From NCBI RefSeq assembly GCF_006345805.1, contig NC_043004.1, positions 39,246,001-39,310,000 on the forward strand: DNA of 64,000 nt, given 5' to 3'. The position numbers were made by a program, and so were the translations under genes. Within the stretch, counting starts at the first letter, position 1, and each line of letters begins with the position of its first letter. This stretch comes from Octopus sinensis (Eukaryota). Below the pieces are notes generated by a model. It was given only the letters and a program-made list of their open reading frames with translations, ran no database searches and had not been told where the DNA came from. Below, one piece after another: positions 53,150 to 64,000 of this stretch.

Positions 53150-53990
53150 TTCTGAGTAGTATTCATACAACTTTTCGTCTACTCAGAGCTCACAGTGTTG
53201 TTTTTGCTTTCCCACGGATTCTGCGTTTGCAGTCTGTCTGACTTTTATTAATTTCATTTTAATGAGTTTTTCTTGAGCAGCTATTATTAACGATCCGGTT
53301 TCTGTCCGTCATCACTGGTTCCCTTCATGAACTGATTGTGTAATTTATTCTCTTTTCAGCAATTTGTCCAGTTGTTCTTTCTACTGTTCGTGGATTCCCC
53401 AAAGGTTTCAGTAAATTTCATGGACATTTCTAGCCACTTACAGCATCATTTCTTCAATATATAGAACTGGTTATCGAATACAGTATCGTAGCATTAATGG
53501 TGTCTTCAGCGTCTAATAATTCTCTCCCCTTTCATAGGTAGAACCGGTCGATGATATTTTAGTGTGGCGCTCATGATACCGTTTGAGCAGCTGCCTATTT
53601 CTATTTAATTCGTGTAGCTTTGTCCTTGTTCAGTTTTAAAAGAATAAACAGTGTCGTAATACAGGCATGACCCATATAATCGTTGTTTTGATAATATTCC
53701 CTGCATTCACTTTTGTTCCTAACACATTCCTAATTCATCTCTTATACAATTTAAAGATTTTTCTCACTCATTTCTCGTTCCATTGTAGCGCTCCTTGATT
53801 CTTGTTTCCCTCATTATTTCTCAGTGATCCAATTGCATCATCTTATGGTAATTTTACATCATCAAGATTTCTCTTTCGGCTTCTACTCATAATTGGCATA
53901 ACACATCTATTTCTCCCAAGACATTTGCAAAAAAACTCTTGCAGCTTGAATTTGAGACTTCAGGTCGTTTTCCATTTTCTGTATATCGTG
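53150..53990 (-). pseudogene. Older R4/Dong-like fragment (RT thumb to linker)
   Basis: Broken frames read RNVLGTKVNAGNIIK...WVMPVLRH and ETGSLIIAAQE; many stops. Confidence 0.6.
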
Positions 53991-54016
53991 TGAAGTCGCT
54001 CATACGTGGCAAGGGA

Positions 54017-54044
54017 TTTATTATTATTATTATTATTACTATTA

Positions 54045-54105
<61 letters not shown>

Positions 54106-54127
54106 GTTTATTGTTATTATTATTATA

Positions 54128-54169
<42 letters not shown>

Positions 54170-54329
54170 GTTGATGTTGCTGTTGTTGTCGCTGTTTTCT
54201 TGTTGTTGTTTTTATTGTTGCTCTTGTTTTTGTTGCTGCTGCAGTTGCTGTTGTCACTTTGTTGTTGGTGGTGGTGCTGTTATTAATACTACTACAACAA
54301 CAACGACAACAAAAACAATAATAATAATA

Positions 54330-54364
<35 letters not shown>

Positions 54365-54412
54365 GATTATTATTATTATCATTATTATTATTATTGATGA
54401 TGATGATGATAA
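54017..54412. repeat. (TAT)n/(TGT)/(CAA) trinucleotide arrays
   Basis: Direct reading. Confidence 0.95.
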
Positions 54413-55922
54413 TTGACATGTTACATATCGCTTATGCAATGTTTGAATTCTACCAGAAATTTATTCAACGAAAAAACAAAATCTTAGACTATTCGAGTAT
54501 TTACAAACCTGGGACTCTGATATTTTTAGATGACTGCCTCATTATCCTGGAGCAGACATGAAACTCTCTCTTTTAACCATTTATTTAATATTATGAAAAT
54601 TTGTTTATTTACGACTTTTTAAAAATGGCTGCGTCTTCGTCTGGGAAATCATCGAGTGGCAATATCAAGAAGGGAAGCAGTATTGTTCACGTTAATCAAT
54701 ATTTCGAAAATAAAATTTGTCGATGATTGTGAAAATATGTACGCAAACTATAAAAGAAAAATAATAGCATTTAGACAAATAGTTGCAATTACGAACACCA
54801 ATGTATATATTAAAGCGTCGGAAAGACAAACAAAAAATAAAAAGCTCACAGTAAAACAGGAACACAACTGTAATATAAATTCATATACTTGGATGGCCAG
54901 AAACATTCTACAACGCAAATATAACAAAAATAGATGTACAGATGACTTGAGCCAAAAATCAGTAACTACATACGAACATTGTTTAAGATATATATGTCAG
55001 AAAAAATATAATAATGCTGTCACCTTACCTGACGATTTTAATTAAGGAAGGTCAATGCAATATAGCTTTACTTCTTAAATATCAGAGGGTTCAATGTACC
55101 CATGAAGGAGCAGTGAAAGGAGGTGTTACCTGCCATATGGGATAGTTTGGTTTCTGTCGATGGTGGTAAGGAAAACAGCGATGTGTGCTTGGCTTTTGAA
55201 TCGAAAATTAGACGAGGCAACAAGCCGAATTAATGATCCACATATTTGCTCTCAGGATCGAACTGCAATAAACTCTTGAAATACTATGAATAAGTTTTCA
55301 GTGCTGATGTGAACAGAAATGATGTGGTAGGCTACAGTCTGCGAAGGCCAATAGATCTATCTCAGAACTGTATCCTATCGCTAGTAAATAGTTAAAACCA
55401 GAAAGTGTGATGGTACACGGCACAAAAGGCAGCTATTACGCGCGTGGAAATAAGAACTAATTGATTGCTGAGGATCTGAAATGAAAGAGAAAGAGAGAGC
55501 TAGGAGGTTCACAAACAAAGCCGACAACAAAAGCGGGGTGCAAAATTGCTGGTTTTAAGCCAACCAGAAAACGCATGACCAACATATGGATGAACAGTTG
55601 TACAACACTATCGTATGACGAAGATAGATCAAATGAAACTAGTTTCGGTGCGGAAAGCATTTGAATAAAAAGTTTTAAAAATTAAAACAACCAGAATAAG
55701 ATGTATATAAAACACAGGAGAATGCTCCTGTACGGATATTTTCTTAAGAATGAGCTGAGATCAAGACTGGAAATTCTGAAGTGTAAAAATGATAAAGATT
55801 TGCTGTAAAAAGAGTATGTCATTGAAGATTGCCTAAACAGTCCATTTAAAAAATATTGAGGACGTCCAATACATTTATTTATCTTCTGTAACACAGAAAA
55901 TCCTCTCGGATGTATGTAGCTG

Positions 55923-56140
55923 CGAGGGGATGTTGAAAAGTTCCTGGCTTTAGGCGTATCGTGAAAGACCTGATTGGAGGCTCAACTTTACAAGTTCTTT
56001 TACAACGCTTACAAAATTTGAAGGACTGCTACAATAAGTGTGTGAATTTGAGAGGGGAATTCGTTGAATAAAATCATAATTAAACTGATCCTCCTGTATT
56101 TTCTTTTACCCAAAGCCAGGAACTTTTCAGCACACCCTCG
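55923..56140 (+). mobile_element. Mariner-derived MITE
   Basis: 29-bp TIRs CGAGGG..TG.TGAAAAGTTCCTGGCTTT; right flank TA, left TG; interior LKDCYNKCVNLRGEFVE* (mariner C-terminus). Confidence 0.88.
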
Positions 56141-56180
56141 TACATCATGTTCCTATACGACAAGGGACAAGAGAGCAGGG

Positions 56181-56829
56181 ACGAGTTGTGCCGTGATCCA
56201 ATTCAGCTCTTAGGTTTTTTCACCCGTGAGCGGGCTGGCTGCCTTATTTTTCATATTGCCATAAATGTTACTTTCTTCTAAAATTATCTGTTTCATATAT
56301 TCGTCTACATAATTTGTAAATCATTTTGTCCAACTTAAATATTTTTAATATCTTGATATGTTGCATAACGTCATAGCCACGCTTAATTATATAAAACAAT
56401 TATACTTACGTTTCATGGCTTTTATGCTGTTTCAAATATAAACTGTGATGCTCGAAGCAAATTACAATACTTTCTATAAGATTAGTAATCTTTCTGCTAT
56501 GGGCACGAGTTGTGCCGTGATCCAATTCAGCTCTTAGGTTTTTTCACCCGTGAGCGGGCTGGCTGCCTTATTTTTCATATTGCCATAAATGTTACTTTCT
56601 TCTAAAATTATCTGTTTCATATATTCGTCTACATAATTTGTAAATTATTTTGTCCAACTTAAATATTTTTAATATCTTGATATGTTGCATAACGTCATAG
56701 CCACGCTTAATTATATAAAACAATTATACTTACGTTTCATGGCTTTTATGCTGTTTCAAATATAAACTGTGATGCTCGAAGCAAATTACAATACTTTCTA
56801 TAAGATTAGTAATCTTTCTGCTATGGGCA
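56181..56829. repeat. Tandem duplication, 324-bp unit
   Basis: Units start at 56181 and 56505; one substitution seen. Confidence 0.95.
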
Positions 56830-56992
56830 AACACCAGAAATTTTTAGGAAGGGTTAGTCGATTACATCGACCCCAGTACTCCTCATGGTTTCGGGTTCAA
56901 GGATCAGATGTAGCAGTGTGGTAGTAAGTTTACTTCCCAATGACGTGGTCTGTGCTCAGTCCTTTGATGTGGAACCATAGGCAAGTGTCTTC

Positions 56993-57433
56993 GGATCTTT
57001 TCGGTTTGAACGGCTTTAACATAATTTCTAGGTAACTAAAAAATTTTAAACTTCCTATACTGGTAGAATGTATTTATAAAACATCTTTTTCTCTTGGCTT
57101 TATTGAGAAAATTCTATAGTTTGTAAGATATTTGTTGTTTTTTTCTTCAATTTCTGCAATTTCAACCAATCAATTACGTCCATTGAGGTAAAAAAAAACA
57201 TTATGTGCCGTATGAATATGTCCCTCGTTTAAGAAACAGATTGGGTTTATTTACATTTGTGAAGAAAAAAAGATACCCTTCCCCCCACCCCTAACCCTAA
57301 CCTTAACTAACCCTAACTAAGCTTAACCCTAAAACAGATTGAAATGCAATAGATCGATACTAGAGTCATAATTATGGGTGACAATTTCATATGACACCGC
57401 TACAAAAAACTGCCGTTCAAACCGAAAAGATCC
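56993..57433 (+). mobile_element. MITE with (CCCTAA)n, copy 5, inserted in a SINE family A head
   Basis: The SINE reads GGCAAGTGTCTTC | MITE | AAGGTATCTTCCACTATAGCC. Confidence 0.92.
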
Positions 57434-57536
57434 AAGGTATCTTCCACTATAGCCTCGATTTGACCAAAAGCCTCGTGAGTGGATTTGGCAGACGGAAACT
57501 GAAAGACGACCGTCGTATATATATTTACGTTGTGTA

Positions 57537-57585
<49 letters not shown>

Positions 57586-57606
57586 TGTGTGTGTGTGCGT
57601 GTGTGC

Positions 57607-57643
<37 letters not shown>

Positions 57644-58717
57644 TGTGTGTGTGCATGTGCATGTATATGCTAGGGGACCATATACAGATATGAGCAGCAT
57701 ATGGGAACCGGTAATAAAGTAGGATAAAAAATATTAGATTTATAAGCCCTAAAATTCACTCCATAATTGCCCACGGACATATGACATAGTGTTTAAGAGC
57801 GCGGGCTACTAACCCCAAGATTCCGAGTTCGATTCCATGCAGTGACCTAATAATAATATCAGATATGTATTCTTCAAGGCTGTGCTCCAGCAGAAGGCAC
57901 AAGAGGATAGTCGATTTCGTTGGCCCTAGTGTTTCACTAGTACTTAATTTATCGACCACGAAAGAATGAAAGGCAAAAATCGACCTCAGTGGAGCCGCAA
58001 AGCATTTCGTCCGGCTGCTAACGATTCGCTGCCTTTTTAATATTAAATTGTATGGTATGAGGTTGATTTAGCTGATATTTCTATCAGAGCTACACTCTAA
58101 AGTACATGCTCAATCTATCCTGATACGATGACTGATATTTCTCATCACAGCGTCCTCGTCTTCAACAGAGTTTAGTCAGCGAATGGTTAATTGTTCGGTG
58201 TTACGATTGTAGAATAATAAATTCGCAACCTGAAAGTGTTGATAATTATTTTTTTACTTTTTTATTGTATTCTTTTTTTAAATTTCTATGCTGTTTTATT
58301 GAAATGATTATATTCAATAGACTGGAAATATATTAGAATAGAATTTTCTAAGCGTGACTGATTTGAAATGATGTTTTCTTTTTGTCTTTGTTTTTTCACG
58401 GAATGGTATAGGGTAATAACGACGTACTTGAAAGCTTATTTTCACTGTCTCCAACAACAATTGCTTTTTTTTTCTTTTAATTTTTTTTTTCTCCTGCTCG
58501 TAAAGAAATTTTAATTAATGAAAAGAATTTAGTGTTTCTGTACAACACATGGTGCCTTAAAGAATCTAAGAAAACTATTGATCTATAGTTAAATGAAGGC
58601 TGCTGTTTCTATGCACTCGTTTTTGTTTAATCCTCAGACCAATGATTAATACTAAGGTGACGAATTTAGAGGTTCTTATACCGTGGCTCAGAATAGTTTG
58701 TGGTATATGTTCAGCTT

Positions 58718-59132
58718 GGCGAGCTGGCAGAAACGTTAGCACGCCGGGCGAAATGCTTAGCGGTACTTCGTCTGCCGCTACGTTCTCAGTTCAAATTCCG
58801 CCGAGGTCGACTTTGCCTTTCATCCTTTCGGGGTCGATTAAATAAGTACCAGTTACGCACTGGGTCGATGTAATCGACTTAATCCGTTTGTCTGTCCTTG
58901 TTTGTCCCCTCTGTGTTTAGCCCCTTGTGGGTAGTAAAGAAATAGGTACTTCGTCTGCCGCTACGTTCTGAGTTCAAATTCCGCCGAGGTCGACTTTGCC
59001 TTTCATCCTTTCGGGATCGATTAAATAAGTACAAGTTACGCACTGGGGTCGGTATAATCGAATTAATCGTTTCTCTGTCCTTGTTTCTCCTCTCTGTGTT
59101 TGGCCCCTTGTGGGTAGTAATGAAATAGGTAT
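58718..59132 (+). mobile_element. SINE family B with Tx1-like tail, 183-bp tandem unit x2
   Basis: GGTA(C/T) at 58762, 58945 and 59128; tail CCTTGTTTGTCCCCTCTGTGTTTAGCCCCTTGTGGGTAGTAAAGAAA. Confidence 0.9.
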
Positions 59133-59692
59133 ATGTTCTGCTTGTCTGCAGAACAGATGGGGGTTCGTTAAGTATAGATACTTTATAACTCGACATTGCC
59201 TCTTCGTCTCTGTTGGGAAAAAACAGCCCCAAAACATAACAGGACTTTATGGTTGGTAGTAAAGCCATGGCCATCCTGTCTTTTGTATTCTTCTGGTTGC
59301 TTCAGTAATCTGACTACAGCCATGCTGGATCACCAGCTTTTAGTTGAAGTAATCGACCCCGGAACTGACTCTTTGTAAGCCTGGTACTCGTTCTGTTGGT
59401 CTCTTTGCCGAACCGGCAAGTACGCACCAATGTCAGTCATCAAGCGGGGAGAATTTTCTCCAGGGAATACTTCCACAGCGGAATAACGCTTCATTCAACT
59501 TTACATATGCGTGTGAGTGTGTGAACGTTCTAACACCCAGCGCTCTGAAAGAGTAATCTCCTCCGCGCAAATTCGCAGCCTACTGGCAAATGCGCAGTAT
59601 GTATACATTCCGTATATTTGGTCGATAATGTTTGTTACCGAAGCGCTGCTTCGCTTCCATAAAAGAATATATATTTATGTTTGTATCTGAGA

Positions 59693-59875
59693 TACTCTTT
59701 TACTCTTTTACTGTAGAGCAACGCCTTTAGTCGAAGAAATCGACCCCAGGACTTATTCTTTGTAAGAATAGTACTTATTCTATCGGTCACTTGTGCTGAA
59801 TAGCTAAGTTACGAGGAGGTAAACACACCAGCATCGGTTGTCAGGCGATGTTGGGAGACAAACTCAGACACACAA

Positions 59876-59960
<85 letters not shown>

Positions 59961-60124
59961 CGACGGGCTTCTTTCAGTTTCCGTCTGCCAAATCCACTCA
60001 CAAGGCTTTGGTCGGCCCGAGACTATAGTAGAAGACACTTGCCCAAGGTATCACGCAGTGGGACTGAACTCAGAACCATGTGCTTGGTAAGCAAGCTACT
60101 TACCACAAAGCCACTCCTGCGCCT
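59693..60124 (-). mobile_element. SINE family A, near full length
   Basis: Head, (CA)(TA) middle, tail. Confidence 0.9.
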
Positions 60125-61099
60125 ATGCATGTATGTTTCTTCTTTGAGTTTAATTTAAGTTTTTCTTGAGAGAGTTCAAGCCGGTTGCTAACAAAACAAC
60201 ATGACTTTTTGAGTTAAGAAAGTTCCCAGTGTTTGTAACTCTGTGGTTGAGTTGGTGTGTTTGCTGAACTGTCGATAAATACATCCAAGTGTGTGAATCT
60301 ATTCACATTATAATCTCAGATGGAGAATTTTTGAAATGTCTCACAGATCTTCACTGTGTCACTTTCTTTTGCTATTTTTCTCTGAAACCAAATATTTCTA
60401 AGTATTTGTGTAAATGTATGTATATGTATATTCATAAATGCATCTACGCACGATATACGTATTTGTGTGTATCCCCATTTTAAATAGTTTACAGTTTCAA
60501 ACGCAGCGTGCCTGACCTTTGACAGATCTCTCAAAATGGTGGAGTAAGAATGTTATACTCAAAATGGAAATCTTGCAACAGAATGTACTTCACTAAAAAC
60601 ACACGCGGATGATGTCATGGGAGGATTAATGGATAGATACATTGCACATCGTAGCATATGGCTACAGTTATGTGGGTGATCGTGTGTGTGTATAGAAAGC
60701 TATTTAGCAACAATAATGGGCCTTAGCATACATGTGTGTCTTTTCAAATGTTAGTGTGTTGCGGTGCTTAGGGAGTGAAGAACTCTGTTAGCCAACAGTA
60801 CAGAGAAATGAGGGTAAATGTCAGTGCAAATAGTATCAAAGGAGGGAGAGAAACTTGTACACATAGAAATATGTTAGGGGTTTTAGAAAGAGGAATCTAG
60901 CGAAGACTATGTGATGCACGTAGAGAAAAAGACGCAAAATTCAAGGACGAAGATTAAAGCTTGAGCAAAGCAAAAAAAGAAGTAGATATAAATGCAAAAA
61001 CTGAATTATAGAAAGTTAGATAGAGAGAGAGAGGGGAAGGGAGAGAGGGGAAGGGAGAGAGGGGGAAAGAGGCGGGAGGGAGGGAAGGAACAACAGATA

Positions 61100-61202
61100 G
61101 ATAGACAGACTGGCAAATAGACAGACGGACGGACGGACGGAGAGACAGACAGACTGCCGTTCAGACAGACAGACAGTCGGTCAGACAGACAGACAGACAG
61201 AC

Positions 61203-61258
<56 letters not shown>

Positions 61259-61261
61259 TGG

Positions 61262-61314
<53 letters not shown>

Positions 61315-61350
61315 TAGATAGATAAATAGATAGATAGATTGGTAGGTAGG

Positions 61351-61416
<66 letters not shown>

Positions 61417-61441
61417 ATAGATATATAGATAGATGGATTGG

Positions 61442-61498
<57 letters not shown>

Positions 61499-61560
61499 GG
61501 GTAGATAGATAGGTAGATTGACAGAGATAGATAAGCAGAGAGAGAGAGAGAGACAGAGAG
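61100..61560. repeat. (GACA)/(GATA)/(GA) array
   Basis: Direct reading. Confidence 0.95.
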
Positions 61561-62389
61561 AGAGAGAGGAAGTTAGGGTAATATTGAGAAAGATATACAG
61601 TCTGGCAAACAAGAAGAAAGGTGCAGAGAGAGCTATATTGAAACAGAGAAGAAGAGAGAGAGAGAGAGAGAGAGAGAGATGAGAGGGAGAAAGAGAGAGG
61701 GAAAGAGATCATCGTCAGATATAATCTCGCTGCAGTTTGTTTCATTTTGAAATGAGAAGTATCGTTTGTCCCCAACTAGACTACAAACAACAACAATAAA
61801 AATAACAACAACGGTAAGAGCAGCACCAGCAGCAGTAGTAGTAGAAGTAGTAGTAGTAGTAGTTAAAATAACAACATCAACATCACCAACAGCAGCAGCA
61901 GCGTAGACACACCGAACGTATACACAGAGACATCAGTAATATTTAGATTCAAAGGTCAAGGTGACAGAAACTGAGGTCGTCTATCTGCAGCTGTTGATAT
62001 GCTGCACCATTCACGTCTGTTTCTGCCACTACTTCTGTTGCCCTCGTAGCTGTTACTGCTGCTGCTGATGTGAATATTGTGCTGCTGCTGCTGCTGCTGC
62101 TGTTGTTGTTTTTGCTCATGTCACCCATGTTGATGCTAGAATGGTATTTTGGTAGTCTCTGTTTTTTGGGTTTTTTTTGTTTTTTTATCGTTTCCGTTTC
62201 ACTAACTGCATGTTTTACTTTAACGTTTATTGTTTCCGCCCCTCTTTTTGCGGTCTTTTTGTTTTGGTGGGAAGATTGGATCTTATGATTTTTGATTTTG
62301 ATTTTTCCAGTTTCAGCTAATGAGCTGTGGCCATGCTGGGGCACCGCCATATTTATTTATTTTTTTTTTCAAGTTGACTTTTCTCATCA

Positions 62390-62600
62390 TCTGTATATTT
62401 TAGAAATTACGGAGATGTATTTGCATAGCGAGTGACTTGATCCGAGATCGTGTGCTGGAGCGAAAACAATTGCAGCGTGGAAGGTGTTTATAAGTCATTT
62501 AAGAAACACACAAAACCGTTAGATTCATTTCAACATTTAAATTTAATTTGTCAAAATATTTTCGTCGCTTTGAGACCGCGACCTGTTCACTGACAAAGCT
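62390..62600 (-). mobile_element. Short non-coding repeat beginning with a hammerhead fold
   Basis: Homologous to 1916-2056; no ORF. Confidence 0.65.
62547..62597 (-). ncRNA. Putative minimal type-I hammerhead ribozyme (G3-C8 variant)
   Basis: Minus strand: TTTGTCA-GTGAACA-G-GTCGC-ggtctcaaa-GCGAC-GAA-AATATT-T-TGACAAA; helices I (7 bp) and II (5 bp) fully Watson-Crick. Confidence 0.65.
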
Positions 62601-62819
62601 GCGTGTAGATATGACATGTATATGTAACAAACAGACATATACATACACTCGTAGCCACACACACACACACACACGCACGCACACATACACACAAACATGC
62701 ACTGACACACATATATAGATAGATACATATTTATGTGCCTAAGTATATACATATAAATATATAATCACAAATATATATATGTAATATATACATATATATA
62801 TATTTATATATTTATATAC

Positions 62820-62879
<60 letters not shown>

Positions 62880-64000
62880 CTTTGATACTTTGATACTTTG
62901 ATAGGTTTCGGCCATTATTGGCCCAGGCCATGTGTAACTTAATAGCACCACCTGGTGAAGTCTTTCAAGTCAGAATTTGGGCACTATGGCCCACTCAAGT
63001 AGAGAGTTATTGTTTACAGAGACATATCCGGGTGTAGGGGGTTTATCCGGGATTTCTTGAAGGAATCTGTCCAAAGACTTCTTGAACCCTATAAGGTCAG
63101 TTTCTGTTTTAATGTGTTTTGGTGTAATGTTAAAGAGAGCGGGACCGTATTGTTGTTATGAGATGAGATTGCGATTTTTGTTTTGGGCGGATGGCACGGG
63201 GCCCAAGCCTTGGATGTACCTTAAAGGTGTTGCCAACATCATTTGGGCAATGCTGATGGAATATTTTCCACATCATGCAGATGATGTAGCGCTCACGACG
63301 ACGTTGGAGAGAATAGAGTTCTAGCTTTTCTAGTCGACCCCAATAGTCGAGGCCTGTCATGCCATCTATCTTTTTTGTGATTGCCCTTTGAGGTGCTTCA
63401 ACTTTTATGATACCTTGTATTGTGTGGGGAGACCACAGTGGACAACAGTATTCAAGGTGGGGTCGGGCAAAAGTGGAGAAGAGAAGATAATGGTGTGGAT
63501 ATCTCTCGACTGGAAAGTTCTGAGAATCCAGGAACACATTCTGCGGGCCATGTCAACTTTGGTGTTTATATGAGTGGCCCAGCTATGTTGTTGTCCACAA
63601 TTACTCCCAAGTCTCTGATGTTGTTGGACGCCGCGAGAGTTTCACCTGAAGGAAGGGAGTATGGGAGTTTCAGGGCATCCTCTTTTCCAAAGTGGATTAG
63701 CTCAAATTTATCCTCGTTCAGCAGCATATTGTTTTTTTCTGCCCATTGGATAACAGCCAGTAGATCTGACTGAAGACATGTCCGGTCACTCGCCTCATTT
63801 ATGACCTTCTGTAGCTTGGAGTCATCTGCAAAGATTTTTATGTTGCTGTGCTTGATGATGTCATTAATGTCATTAATGTAAATGATGAAAAGAAGTGGGC
63901 CCAGCACAGTGCCTTGCGGAACGCCACTACTGACTTTGGCTGGGCTTGATTTTACCCCTTCAACTACAACATGTTGAGATCTGTCTGTCAGGAAACACTT
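62880..64000 (-). mobile_element. CR1/L2-group LINE, RT domain to 3' end (runs off the window)
   Basis: SGVPQGTVLGPLLFIIYIND, FADDSKL, RDLGVIVD, RPHLEYCCPLWSP, LYSLQRRRERY, IPDKP; two or more frameshifts; terminal (TATCAAAG)x3. Confidence 0.95.

Noticed and set aside
52385-53990. Twin-priming inversion of a single R4-like insertion
   Set aside because: The order is wrong for twin priming, and the two pieces overlap in homology and differ in age.
62900-62940. GGCC...GGCCGAAAC in the CR1-group 3' UTR as a hammerhead
   Set aside because: No UGA core; better explained as the LINE 3' stem-loop.

Overview
AT-rich, microsatellite-saturated eukaryotic non-coding DNA. The SINE families and the (TA)n/(CA)n/(GATA)n/(TAT)n load suggest an octopod cephalopod genome (inference). 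No host protein-coding gene, rRNA, tRNA gene or CRISPR array can be supported, and most entries in the ORF track are translated microsatellites. The window is a layered deposit of mobile elements. It holds four tRNA-headed SINE families (my labels A-D), decayed CR1-group, R4/Dong-like, Tx1-like and Penelope-like (PLE) retroelements, mariner/pogo-type and 8-bp-TSD MITEs, and DINE-1/HINE-like elements. Four things stand out. (1) A Tx1-type system: three independent 5'-truncated Tx1-like insertions each sit inside (GATA)n. A 2-kb ORF1-only element with a 15-bp TSD and a tRNA-SINE tail share a 3'-terminal motif and small hairpin with them. (2) Minimal type-I hammerhead-ribozyme folds in which the core C3-G8 pair is replaced by G3-C8 or U3-A8; two lie in head-to-head palindromes. 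(3) A 2-kb 34-bp minisatellite derived from a SINE segment, with a 6-nt hypervariable window. (4) Five copies of a MITE carrying telomere-like repeats. All alignments and counts were done by eye, and element boundaries without a TSD or TIR are approximate.
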